Source of the DNA: Octopus sinensis
Taxonomy: Eukaryota
NCBI RefSeq assembly: GCF_006345805.1
Contig: NC_043005.1
Coordinates: 4,960,001 to 5,024,000, forward strand
Length of the DNA: 64,000 nucleotides
Direction: 5' to 3'
Shown: positions 37,619-50,207 of the stretch, one piece after another
Position numbering within the stretch: position 1 is the stretch's first letter
How the letters are laid out: each line of letters begins with the position of its first letter
The notes under the pieces: model-generated
Databases searched by the model: none
What the model was told of the DNA's origin: nothing
Seen by the model: the letters and a program-made list of their open reading frames with translations, nothing else
Made by a program: the position numbers and the translations under genes

Positions 37619-38517
37619 ATCTACAACTGGCATTGTTTCAAATGTTATCCACAGCAAATCACTCAGAAATGAGCTCCAGAGAAATCTTTTTTTAATTTAA
37701 AAAAAAATAAAAATGTAACATATTTGTTGTCAAGTAAGTGATAGTGTCTCTTTAAGAGGAAATGGTGTGATTGGATCTGGGTGGATCTGGCAGAACAAAG
37801 ACAAGAAGGGTGGACTGCTGTATTTTATTTTAGACACCCAGTTAACCTAGGCCCGCTGGTAGGGAAAAATGAGTGTTAAAAACACGGGGGGGGGTGGGGT
37901 AGATGTGGTGGTGGTTAATGTTATGGATACTTGTGGCGATGGTGTTGATGGTGATAAGATTGATCAGAATGATGGTGGTGGTGGGAGAAGGGTGATGAAT
38001 GCAGGGCGGTTAGTGATGTTGCCGATGATGATGATGATGATTGATGATGATGATGATAGTGCGGTTATGATAGCAAATATATGATGACGATGGTAGTGGT
38101 GGTGAGAATGAGGGTGAAGGTGATGAGGGGCGGTGGCAGCAATGGTGATGAAGATGGTTGCAGTCGTGATGGTGGTGGTGGCAGTGATGGTGCTGATGCT
38201 GCCAGAGTAATGGTAGGTTGATGTTTACAGTCTCTGACAGCTTTCTAAAAGCACTAATAGCTCTAATGAATTTTAAAGTGTTGTTTTACTGATATTATCA
38301 TGATTTACAGCGATAACCTGACCCAGTAGGGCTTATGTACCTATGTACTCATTCAACCCTAAGCAGCCTCACTGGCAAATTACCTCTCAGATAATCCTGT
38401 CCCTGCACCACCCTGGTTTCGAAATAGTCTGACAGGGGTGAGGGCAATTATGGTCTAAGTCCTAAATCTTTTAGTGTGGCCACCCTGTAACTCTTTACTG
38501 CAGGATTTATCACCACC

Positions 38518-38548
<31 letters not shown>

Positions 38549-39795
38549 CTCTCATCACTATCATCATCAAAATTACAACTGATGCCAGCATAGTTGTCAT
38601 TATCATCATCATAATCATCATCTATTTCTTTACTGCCCACAAGGGGCTAAACACAGAGGGGACAAACAAGGACAGACAAACGGATTAAGTCGATTACATC
38701 GACCCCCAGTGCATAACTGGTACTTAATTTATCGACCCCGAAAGGATGAAAGGCAAAGTTGACCTCGGCAGAATTTGAACTCAGAACATAAAGACAGACG
38801 AAATACTGGTAAACATTTCGCCCAGTGTGCTAATGTATCTTCCAGCTCACATCATCATCATCATCATCAAAAGTATCATCACTATCATCATCGTTTAACA
38901 TCTACCTTGCCATGCTTGTGTGGGCCAGGGGGAATTAGTTGAGAAAGATTTCCTACAGCTGGATGCTCTTCCTGTTGCCAACCCTCACCTGTTTCCAAGC
39001 AAGGTGATGCTTCTCCCATGGCCAGACATGTTTTTTGTGGAAGACTGGCAAGAGACAAACAACGCTGCTTATATGACAATGATGCTGGTTTATGACCATC
39101 ACATGAGGTCAAGAAAAGGCGCAAGCACACACACACACACACACACAGGACAACAGGCTTCTTTCAGTTTCCATCTGCCAAATCCACTCACAAGGTTTTG
39201 TTTGGCCTGGAGCTTTATCGGAAGATACTTGCCTCGAGGTGCCACACAATGGGATTGAACCTGAGGCCACACATTTGGGAAGTAAGCTTCTTAACGAAGC
39301 AGCCATACCTGTTCTACAATAAAGACAGAATGGCCACCACACTGGAATGATGCAACTGGAAATTATCTGACACAACGGATGACATCATGCATTTCCTTAT
39401 TCATTACTTGCTGCAAGGTATTCACTTGTGGGCTTCCATACTTTTCTCAACTGGATTTCCACAACCAGAGATACGAAGCAGCAACAACAACAGGTTCGGC
39501 TGCAATAACACCCCACCCCCACCCCCCACTACCACCACCAAACAAAAGTCTGAGCAGTTCTTGTTATATTCCTTCATGTTCTGAGTTCAAATCTTGCTGG
39601 GGTTGGCTCATCTTTACCTTTTCTACCCTTCATGGGTGTGCGGTTAAGGTTACGGAAGTTCACTTCCCAATCATGTGGCTTTGGGTTCAGTCCTATTACG
39701 CTGCACCTATGGTCTTCTATAGCCTTGTGAGTTGATTTGGGGAACAGAAACTGAAAAACTTCCATTGTGTGCATGTGTGTATGTATATATATATA

Positions 39796-42302
39796 GTGAT
39801 GTGGTAGGAGAGAAATGTGTTCGCATGGATGATGGTTCATTTGCGCTGAATGAGGATGCAAAGAGAAAGGTTTGGAGACACCACTATGAAAGGTTGCTGA
39901 ATAAGGAAAATGAATGGGATAAAGAGAGTCTGTCGAATGTCGACCCAACAGAGGGACCAGCTATCCAAGTTGATAGTTCCTTCGTAGTTAAGGCAATTAG
40001 AAGCATGAAGACAGGGAAAGCCCCAGGCCCATCAAGAATTACTGGAGAGATGCTCAAAATATCTGGCAGTGTCAGCTATAGCCTAGTCACCCGTATAGTT
40101 AACCAGGTGATACACGAAGGAGTCATACCCAATGACTGGTGTAGCAGCATACTAGTCAACTGCTACAAAGGTAAAAGTGACGCTTTAGATACAAATAATT
40201 ACAGAGGTATCAAGCTGTTGGATCAGGTAATGAAGGTTACAGAGAAAGGGTCATAGCCCAACTGATTTGGGAGAGAGTCAGCTTGGATGGGATGCAGTTT
40301 GGTTTCATGCCAGGGAAAAGCACCACTGATGCCATATTCCTGGTGAGACAGCTGCAGGAGAAATACCTAGCCAAAGATAAGCCCCTGTACCTGGCTTTTG
40401 TTGACATGGAGAAAGCCTTCGACAGGGTCCCCTGATCCCTTATCTGGTGGTCAATGAGGAAACTAGGGATAGATGAATGGTTAGTGAGAGCTGTGCAAGC
40501 CATGTACAGGGACGCTGTAAGTAAGGTGAGGGTTGGCAACGAGTACAGTGAAGAATTCAAGGTAGACGTAGGGGTCCACCAAGGTTCAATCCTCAGCCCC
40601 CTCCTATTTATCATAGTCCTCCAGGCAATAATGGAGGAATTCAAGACAGGATGCCCCTGGGAGCTCCTCTATGCTAATGACCTTGCTCTAATTGCTGAGT
40701 CACTATCAGAACTAGAGGTGAAGTTTCAAGTGTGGAAACAAGGATTAGAATCGAAGTGCCTTAGAATCAACCTAGCTAAAACCAAAGTCCTATGTAGGAA
40801 GGCAGGCAAACCACAAATCCCTTCAGGTAGATGGCCCTGTTCAATCTGTAGTAGAAGCGTAGGTAGAAATTCTATAAGATGTACCCAGTGTAAGCTATGG
40901 ACACATAAGCAGTGCAGTAATATCAAAGGAAGGCTAACTGGGAAGAAAGTTTTTGTATGTGGCAGATGCTCAGGAGCAATAAACACTGAAAATGCTCTGA
41001 GACCAACTTCCGCCACATTCCAGGGAGAAAAACTAGAAGTAGTTGATAGCTTCCGTTACCTAGGGAACCAAGTCAGTAGCGGGGGTGGGTGCACTGAAAG
41101 TGTAGCTGCTAGAATAAGAATAGCTTGGGCAAAGTTCAGAGAGCTCTTACCTCTGCTGGCGACAAAGGGCCTCTCGCCCAGAGTAAAAGGTAGACTGTAT
41201 GATGCCTGTGTACAAACAGCCATGCTACATGGCAGTGAAACATGGGCTGTGACTGCTGAGGACATGCGTAAGCTCGCAAGGAATGAAGCCAGTATGCTCC
41301 GATGGATGTGTAATGTCAGTACTCGTACTCGGCAGAGTGTAAGTACCTTGAGAGAAAAGTTGGACCTAAGAAGCATTAGATGTGGTGTGCAAGAGAGACG
41401 TTTGCGCTGGTATGGTCATGTGGCAAGAATGGATGAGGACAGCTGTGTGAAAAAGTGCCACACCCTAGCGGTTGAGGAACCTGTGGGAGAGGTAGACCTG
41501 GAATGAAGTGGTGAAGCACAACCTTCGAACTTTAAGCCTCACCAAGGAAATGAAATAGTGACCGAGACCTTTGGAAATATGCCGTGCGTGAGAAGACCCG
41601 GCAAGCCAAATGAAACCATAATCTCATGGCCTATGCCAGAGGCGTAACCAGCCCACTTATGCGTACCTTTTCCTTCTTTGGTCACTAAAACTCTGCTTGC
41701 GAAGACCTGTTGAGGCAAGTGAAATCAAATCAATCAAAAGCAAAATCAAAATCAAATTCGATGACTGGCGTCCCTGCTAGCAGGGTGCAAAGAGCACCAT
41801 ACGTGCGTAATCATTGACAGAGCGGCTAATCGGCTTCCATGCCAGTGGCACTTAAAGGGCACCATTCGAGCGTGATCGTTATTTGCGTCACCTTACTGGC
41901 ACTTGTGCCCGTGCTAGTAGGGTGCCAAGAGCACCATCCGAGCATGTTCGTTGCCAGAGCAGCCAACTGGCTTTCGTGCCATTGGCACGTAAAAGGGCAC
42001 CATTTGAGCGAGATCGTTACCAGCGTCGCCTTACTGGCACCTGTGCTGGGGGTATGTGTAAAAGGATTCAAGCGAGGTCGTTGCCATTACCTCCTGACTG
42101 GCCCCCGTGCCGGTGGCACGTAAAAAGCACCCACTACACTCACGGAGTGGTTGGTGTTAGGAAGGGCATCCAGCTGTAGAAGCTCTGCCAGATCAAGATT
42201 GGAGCCTGGTGCAGCCATCTGGTTCACAAGCCTCAGTCAAAATCGTCCAACCCATGCTAGCATGGAAAGCGGACGTTAAACGATGATGATGATGATGATG
42301 AT
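39796..42302 (+). mobile_element. 5'-truncated, decayed RTE LINE in the last WDR35 intron
   Basis: RT split into ORFs 39732-40256 and 40454-41506 by a frameshift and a stop; YADD reads YAND. 3' UTR with tandem units and (GAT)n tail; TA-repeat flanks. Confidence 0.92.
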
Positions 42303-42309
42303 ATATACA

Positions 42310-42530
42310 TTCAAAATGTGACCGTGTGTGTTTCATTGGCGATTTTTTTCCGTCCGTCTTCCCTTCCTTGGATCTTTCCTTTTCCTATGTTTCTGACAAA
42401 GAGCTCCGCTCGAAATGTTAAATCCTCCTTCTTTCTTTCCTTTCCTGATCATCCAATAACGCTATACTTGTTCCATGTCCTTGCGTTGTTGTGTTTTCTC
42501 TTTGTGTTTTCATGTTTGGATTAACTTTAA
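42310..42530 (+). mobile_element. Penelope-like terminal fragment
   Basis: ctgacaaagagctccgctcgaaatgtt within a T-rich block abutting the RTE tail. Confidence 0.5.
42389..42423 (+). ncRNA. Decayed minimal (type I) hammerhead ribozyme motif
   Basis: gttt-CTGACAA-A-GAGC-tcc-GCTC-GAAA-TGT-T-aaat. Reverting two CpG transitions gives a CTGACGA..GAAACGT-H core. Confidence 0.5.
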
Positions 42531-43679
42531 CAATATATATATACATATATATATGGTTTCTTCTTTTTTGCTTGGACACTGGCTTTTAACAATAGGTTTC
42601 CCTTATCTTGAAAAGTAATTTTTAATCGAAAAAATTTCTAAACGATGAACATTTATCTTACCTTATATATTATTTATTTATATGTTTCCTATATATATGT
42701 ATTTTTATATCATTTTATATATCTATATATTTATATATTTCTTTATATTTTTATGTATTTATTATTCTAGATGTTGTAATGTTAAAAAATATATATTTTT
42801 TTAGTCGCTAAAGTATTAATTATTAATTTTTAACCGTGATGGACTGTATTCACACATTTTTCTTATATTTTTCTTATATGCTTGTACTGATGACTTGTGT
42901 TTCATCTTCTGTGATTTTATGCATCTATATTCTATGTGAAAGAAAAAGCATTATGTGATTAAATGTTTGAGATACGAAATGTTACGTGGATGACCTTATA
43001 TTTGTTTGTTCTGCAACCATATATAATATATATACATATATATATATACATATACGTATACATACATATATATATATACATATACGTATACATACATACA
43101 TACATATACAAGTGAGAAAGAGAGAAAAAAACACACACACGTGGGTGTGTGTTTATTTACATTTGCTCTCTGTTAAAGTTGCTTGCTAAGAGAAGTGCTA
43201 TCATTGTCACTTATGTAAAACAATCATCCATTCAGTTGTTGCCTTCAAATGCATCGAAGATAAGTGATCTTTATTTGAAAAAACAATAAGAGACAGGAAG
43301 GGGGTTCAACTATAAAACAATGCCTCGATAATGTGTTGCTTTAATACAGGTGGTGACAAAGACTTTAATATTGACCTTTGTGGGGTCTTGTCTACTAGGG
43401 GTCAATAAACACCTGAAATGATTTTGAGCATTAAGGATGTTGAATTATTCACAAATTGAATCTGGAAGAGTGTGAAATTTAAACTTAAAACTCACCAAAT
43501 TTCAATGTGATATTCATTTCAAATTTTGGCATAGTAAGTTCAGAGGAGGTGGGCAAGTCAATTACATCGACCCCAGTGCTTGACTGGTACTTATTTTATC
43601 AACCCTCAAAAGGATGAATGATAAAATTGACCTCGGCAGAATTTGAACTCAGAACATAAAGAAGACGAAATACTGTTAA

Positions 43680-43896
43680 CCCTTTCATTACTGTATTTAT
43701 TTTGAGATGCTCTGTGTCTCTTTCAATCAATTTTAAATATAACAAAAGAATTTAGTAAAATAACTTAATTCAGCCAGTGTTAGGAATATTAATTGTGACT
43801 AAGGTTTGGTGGAAGATTTTAATTCAAAACTTATGAAAACAAGACATTTGTACTGCAGAGCCAGAGCTGGTTGCAGCTGGCTTGGTAACGAAAGGG
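43680..43896. mobile_element. piggyBac-like MITE nested in a SINE
   Basis: TTAA|CCCTTTCATTAC..GTAACGAAAGGG|TTAA; splits a minus-strand SINE at ~43520-43930. Confidence 0.75.
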
Positions 43897-44474
43897 TTAA
43901 GCGTTTTGCCTGGTGTGCTAACAGTTCTGTTATCTCATCACCTTATGTATATAAATGTCGTATGAACTGGTATTCTGACAAACACGTATTTCACATGAAC
44001 TATCAATCTAGTATCATTGAATCTTTATTCTTTATCAATTTCATCATAGGTATTTTCCTTAAATTTCTTTAAATATTTCTTATTAGAAAGTGGTAAAGAC
44101 ACAAAAAATAATGAGGAAATTATTGTTTATAAATCAAGGATTTTTAAAATTAATTATACTTTTTAATTATATTTAAAAAATTTATATGGTGAAAGTCAAT
44201 AAGTTAAAGAATAATTCTATGAACAGGGCAATGATGTAATATGTTTGTCATCTCCTACTCTTACCCATACTAACATGGAGAGAAAAACCAGGCATAAACA
44301 CAAAGGAACAGAGTCGATGAAATAAGTACCAGCTGTGTACTTGGGTCAAATTAATCCAGCTGCTTACTTTCATCAAATTTCTGGTTTTGGTTCTTCAGGG
44401 AAAACTTTCTAACACTTGGTTTAACTATGATGTTTCTGCACTGTCTTTCCTCATGGAATTTCTTTCTCTTGCAG

Positions 44475-44640
44475 GACGTCTGTGTGTCCCAGCTGTGACA
44501 TCAAGTACCCGCCATGCATTGTGAGCGGACGAACGATTATGGATTACCACTACTGGATGTGCAACAGCTGCAAACACCGTGCATATGAATCAGAAATAGT
44601 GCAACGCCAAACATGTCCTCTGTGCCACTCACCATTCTAA
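44475..44640 (+). CDS. WDR35: WDR35 terminal coding exon with TAA stop
   Basis: ctcttgcag acceptor; (W)TSVCPSCDIKYPPCIVSGRTIMDYHYWMCNSCKHRAYESEIVQRQTCPLCHSPF* (recalled human end: ..WMCSVCKH..CPLCHSPVG*). Confidence 0.95.
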
Positions 44641-44873
44641 CAAAATAATTAAAAACACACTATATATATGTATAAATATATGTGTGTGTGTATATATATA
44701 TATATGTATATATTCATATATATATACGTACATACACATGTGTGTGTGTGTGTGCGTGTGTATGTAATATATATATGTATATATATATGTTTGTATATAT
44801 ACATGTGTATGTATATATGTGTGTGTGAATGTATGCATGTATATGTGTATGTATGTATATATATATATATACA

Positions 44874-44925
<52 letters not shown>

Positions 44926-45689
44926 CATGTATGTATGTATGCATGTGTGTATGCATATACATATATGTGTTTGGGGGTTTGTGTAAGCATGTATATGTGT
45001 GTATATAAACATGTACACATACCTACATATATACATACACTTACAGATGTATGTGTGTATGTGCATGTGTGTATATAGACATGTGCCTAAGTATCTCAGT
45101 TGATCACTCTCTTACCATAATACCAGATAGCAGCAGAGAAGTGAAGGCCTTCATTCAACTCCTCTGCTCCCAAACAAAGAGATAGAATACAAGACAAAAT
45201 ATATTTATTTCATGGTTTATTATTATTGTTATTAAATTGCTCACACCAAATACAAGTCTTATTTTTATTTCTTCATTTGTCTCTGAAGACTCTTTTTTTC
45301 CATTTCATATTTTCATTCTCTACATATTCACCTCTTTACACATCTCTATCCTATGTACCAGATGCCTAAGTATAAGTGTGTGTGTGTGTGTTTGTACTTG
45401 TGTGGCTGGGTGGTACGGAGTTTGGTTCCCCATCACGATTCTGGGTTCAGTTCTGTTGTGTGAAACCTTAGGCAGGTGCCTTCCACTATAGCTCCAGGAT
45501 GACCAAAGCCCTGTGAGAGGATTTGGTTGACAGAAACTGAAAGAAGCGTTTCTATTTATATATATGTATGTATGTATGTACAGATGGATGGATGGGCATT
45601 ACCAGGATGGCAGCAAGGTGCAGACAACTAGCATGATGGATACTAAGGTCCTTCAAAACAAGAGACCAAGAAGTTACGTTGACCCTGTG

Positions 45690-46110
45690 GAGGACTTTTG
45701 TTCTCGGCTGCCTGGACTATTGCTCTCAGCCACATAGTGCCAAACTAACAGCGGAGCTTGAAGCAATCCAATGCCACTACACTAAAAAGATCGAAACAGT
45801 GCAGTGCAGGAGCTACAAGGAGAGGCTGAGAAACTGCGACTTTACTCCCTGAAGTGAAGGCACAACAGATATGTAATAATCTTTGTATGGCACTCTAGAA
45901 GGGCCAGTACCCAATTTTGGCATTGAATGTTATACAAATGCTAGAACTGAACACCATTGTATTGTACCAAGGGTACCAGCCACTCCATTCAGAACCAGGT
46001 ACTGCAATAACTTGGGTTCAAAGGACCACAGCTCTTCAATATCCTGCCACAAAAATTAAGAAATTTGCATAATGTGGAACTAGACATCCTCCTCTACAAA
46101 ATACTGGATG
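45690..46110 (+). mobile_element. Decayed CR1/L2-like LINE 3' fragment
   Basis: Frameshifted ELEAIQ.HYTKKI..SYKERL..YSL..RY.II..LEG.VPNFG..GPQLFNILP..LRNL. Confidence 0.6.
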
Positions 46111-46802
46111 AACCAATGGCACAGCATGAGGTACTGATGAGGCCAGTGAAATCAAATTCCCCCAAACACCAAATGGGACAATGGCACCTTCAGGAGTGCT
46201 GATGTAAAACCCTCCGCCTGAGGAAATCAGCAAAACCATGATGGTTCTGCAGCATGGCCGCAGCCTCATGGCTGGAATGAATAACAAATATACATTTTAT
46301 TTATATTTTATTTTGCACATTCTTAATCATTGGTATATTTTTTATTTAATATTTCTTTTATATGTAATTTTCTAGCTGGTTTAATTTAATTTTTCATTTT
46401 GAATTGATAAAAGGTGGTTTTTTCTAATTTATATATATATATATATAGAGATAGATATTCTTTTATTTGTTTCAGTCATTTGATTGCAGCCATGCTGGAA
46501 CACTTCCTTTAGTTGAAAAAATTGACCCCCAGGACTTTTGTCAAGCAATGGTTGGGGAATAAACACACACACACATACACCCACATACTATGAGCTACTT
46601 TCAGTTTCTGTCTACCAAATTCACTCACAAGGCATTGGTTTGCTCGAAGTTATAGTAGAAGACACTTGCCCAAGGTGCCACGTAGTGAGACTGAACCTGG
46701 AACCATATGGTTGGTAAGCAAACTTCTTATGTGTGTGTGTGTGTATATGTATATATGTGTACATGTATAACTATATATATATGTATGTATATGTATGTAT
46801 GT

Positions 46803-49368
46803 ATCATCATCATCATCGTTTAACGTCCGCTTTCCATGCTAGCATGGGTTGGACGGTTCAACTGGGGTCTGGCAAGCCCGAAGGCTGCACCAGGCCAGTC
46901 AGATCTGGCAGTGTTTCTACAGCTGGATGCCCTTCCTAACGCCAACCACTCCGAGAGTGTAGTGGGTGATTTTATGTGCCACCGACACAGGTGCCAGACG
47001 AGGCTGGCAGACGGCCACGCTCGGATGGTGTTTTCTTATGTGTCACCGACACAGGTGCCAGACGGGGCTGGCGGACGGCCACGCTCGGATGGTGTTTGTT
47101 ATGTGCCCTCAGCACGGAGGCCAGTCGTTGCGGTACTGGCTACAATCACGTTCAGATGGTTTTCTTATGTGCCACCGGCACTGGTACCACAAGGATACAA
47201 ATTCCATTGATGTTCATCTATTTTGATTTGGTTCGATTTGATTTGATTTGATTCGATTCGATTCTCACTTGCCTCAACAGGTCTTCACAAGTGTCACAAG
47301 AAGGAAGGTATGCACAGGTGGACTGACTACGTCCCAGGTAGGGGCCACGGATTATGGCTTCACTAGTCTTGCCGGGTCTTCTCACGCACAGCATACTTCC
47401 ATAGGTCTCGGTCTCTAGTCATTTCCATGGTGAGACCTAACGTCCGAAGGTCGTGCTTCACCACTTCGTCCCAGGTTTTCCTGGGTCTACCTCTTCCACG
47501 GGTTCCCTCAACTGCTAGGGATTGGCACTTTCTCACACACCTATCTTCATCCATTCTCGCCACATGACCATACCAGCGCAATCGTCTCTCTTGCACACAA
47601 CAACTGATGCTTCTTAGGTACAACATTTCTCTCAAGGTACTAACGCTCTGTCGAGTAAGTACACTGACATTACACATCCATCGGAGCATACTGGCTTCGT
47701 TCCTCACAAGCTTACGCATGTCCTCAGCAGTCACGGCCCATGTTTCACTGCCATGTAGCATAGCTGTTCGTACACATGCATCATACAGTCTGCCTTTTAC
47801 TCTGAGCGAGAGGCCTTTAGTCACCAGCAGAGGTAAGAGCTCCCTAAACTTTGCCCAGGCTATTCTTATTCTAGCAGTTACACTTTCAGCGCACCCGCCC
47901 CCACTACTGACTTGGTCACCTAGATAGCGGAAGCTATCAACTACTTCTAGTTTTTCCCCCCGGAAAGTGACGGAAGTTGTTTTCTGCAGATTTTCGGAGG
48001 TCAATGCTCCAGAGCATCTGCCACATACAAAAACTATCTTCCCAGTTAGCCTACCTTTGACATTGCTGCACCTCTTATGTGTCCATAGCTTACACTGGGT
48101 ACATCTTATAGAGTTTCTACCTACACCTTTTCTACAGATCGAGCAGGGCCATCTTCCTGAGGATATTTGTGGATTTTCTAACTTTCTACTTATTAGTACT
48201 TTGGTTTTAGCTAGGTTGACTCTAAGGCCCCTCGATTCTAAACCCTCCTTCCACACCTGGAACTTCTCCTCCAGTTCTGATAGTGACTCAGCGATTAGAG
48301 CGAGGTCGTCAGCATAGAGGAGCTCCCAGGGGCAACCTGTCTTGAATTCCTCCACAATTGCCTGGAGGACTATGATAAATAGGAGGGGGCTGAGTACTGA
48401 ACCCTGGTGGACCCCAACCTCTACCTTGAATTCTTCTGTGTACATGCTGCCAACTCTAACCTTACTTACGGCATCTCTGTACATGGCTTGCACAGCCCTC
48501 ACCAGCCATTCATCTATCCCTAGTTTCCTCATTGACCACCAGATGAGGGATCGGGGGACCCTATCAAAGGCTTTCTCCATGTCAACGAAAGCCAGGTACA
48601 GGGGCTTATCTTTGGCTAGGTATTTCTCCTGCAGCTGCCTTACCAGGAATATAGCATCAGTGGTGCTTTTCCCTGGGACAAACCCAAACTGCATCTCATC
48701 TAAACTAACTCTCTCTCTAATTAGTTGGGCTATGACCCTCTCCGTAACCTTCATTACCTGATCCAACAGCTTGATACCTCTGTAATTATTTGTATCCAGG
48801 GCATCACCTTTACCTTTGTAGCAGTTGACTTGTATGCTGCTACACCAGTCATTGGGTATGACTCCTTCGTGTATCACCTGGTTGACTATACGGGTGACTA
48901 GGTTATAGCCGACACTGCCAGATATTTTGAGCATCTCTGCAGTAATTCCTGATGGGCCTGGGGCTTTCCCTGTCTTCATGCTTCTAATTGCCTTAGCTAC
49001 CACGGAACTATCAACTCGGATAGCTGGTCCCTCTGTTGGGTCAACATTCGGCAGACTCTCTTTATCCCATTCATTTTCTTTATTCAGCAACCTTTCATAG
49101 CGCAAGTGAACCATCATCCATGCGAACACACTTCTCTCCTACCACATCACGATTCTCTCTCACACACTGTCTTGCAACACGAAATACCTCAAGTCTTTCA
49201 TCCTCACGGCTCAGAACATTGGCAAATTTTTTCTTATCCGCTTCCCCTCTGGCTAAATAAACCTGTCTCCTAGCTTCCCTTTTGGCTGTCTGATACAATT
49301 CCCTGCTACCACCGTTCTTCCAGTCCTTCCAAGCCTGTCTCTTTTGTCTAATAGCCCTGTCAACCACG
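46803..49368 (-). mobile_element. 5'-truncated RTE-clade LINE, young copy
   Basis: Contains an RT ORF, a 3' UTR with ~60-bp tandem units, the terminal ..gcggacgttaaacg and a (GAT)n tail. Both flanks are (TATG)n/(TA)n. The endonuclease domain is absent. Confidence 0.93.
47363..49129 (-). CDS. RTE reverse transcriptase ORF (partial ORF2, 588 codons open)
   Basis: Motifs NYRGIKLL, QFGF, AFVDMEKAFDRV, GVHQGSVLSPLLF, LLYADDLAL, FRYLG, RLRWYGHV, GRGRPRKTW, plus an embedded C4HC3 finger. The upstream frame (49095-49367) is joined by a 38-nt frameshifting deletion relative to the copy at 39.8 kb. Confidence 0.92.
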   Translation of the reverse strand: MFAWMMVHLRYERLLNKENEWDKESLPNVDPTEGPAIRVDSSVVAKAIRSMKTGKAPGPSGITAEMLKISGSVGYNLVTRIVNQVIHEGVIPNDWCSSIQVNCYKGKGDALDTNNYRGIKLLDQVMKVTERVIAQLIRERVSLDEMQFGFVPGKSTTDAIFLVRQLQEKYLAKDKPLYLAFVDMEKAFDRVPRSLIWWSMRKLGIDEWLVRAVQAMYRDAVSKVRVGSMYTEEFKVEVGVHQGSVLSPLLFIIVLQAIVEEFKTGCPWELLYADDLALIAESLSELEEKFQVWKEGLESRGLRVNLAKTKVLISRKLENPQISSGRWPCSICRKGVGRNSIRCTQCKLWTHKRCSNVKGRLTGKIVFVCGRCSGALTSENLQKTTSVTFRGEKLEVVDSFRYLGDQVSSGGGCAESVTARIRIAWAKFRELLPLLVTKGLSLRVKGRLYDACVRTAMLHGSETWAVTAEDMRKLVRNEASMLRWMCNVSVLTRQSVSTLREMLYLRSISCCVQERRLRWYGHVARMDEDRCVRKCQSLAVEGTRGRGRPRKTWDEVVKHDLRTLGLTMEMTRDRDLWKYAVREKTRQD

Positions 49369-49384
49369 TATGTATGTATGTATG

Positions 49385-49439
<55 letters not shown>

Positions 49440-49847
49440 TATATATATACCGGAGTAAACACATAAATGTGAAACAAGGTGGAAAAAAGAGTACTCAATA
49501 CCAGTGGTAGAGTATATATATATATATATCATCATCATCATCATCATTTAATGTCCGCTTTCCATGCTGGCATGGGTTGGATGATTTGACTGAGGGCTGG
49601 AAAGGCAGGAGGCTGCACCAGGCTCCAATCTGATCTAGCAGAGTTTCTATGGCTGGATGTCCTTCCTAACGCCAACCACTCTGTGAGTGTAGTGGGTGCT
49701 TTTTACGTGGCACCAGCACGAGTAATATATATATATATATATATATAAAATAATTAATATTAATATTAGGGAAGTTATTTCCGAGTCCACAGGGGAGAGA
49801 CGTTCAATTTAGTGGTACTAAAATGAATTACTCACTGTATTATATAC

Positions 49848-50136
49848 ATATAAATAGATAGGTTTAAGCGAAGAATGACCCTCAAGCAACTCAATCATCA
49901 TTGAATGACATTATCCACAATATGTACATACTCTTACTCTTTTACTTGTTTCAGTCATTTGACTGCGGCCATGCTGGAGCACCGCCTTTAGTCGAGCAAA
50001 TCGACCCCAGGACTTATTCTTTGTAAGCCCAGTACTTATTCTATCGGTCTCTTTTGCCGAACCGCTAAGTGACGGGGACATAAACACACCAGCATCGGTT
50101 GTCAAGCAATGCTAGGGGGACAAACACAGACACACA

Positions 50137-50207
<71 letters not shown>

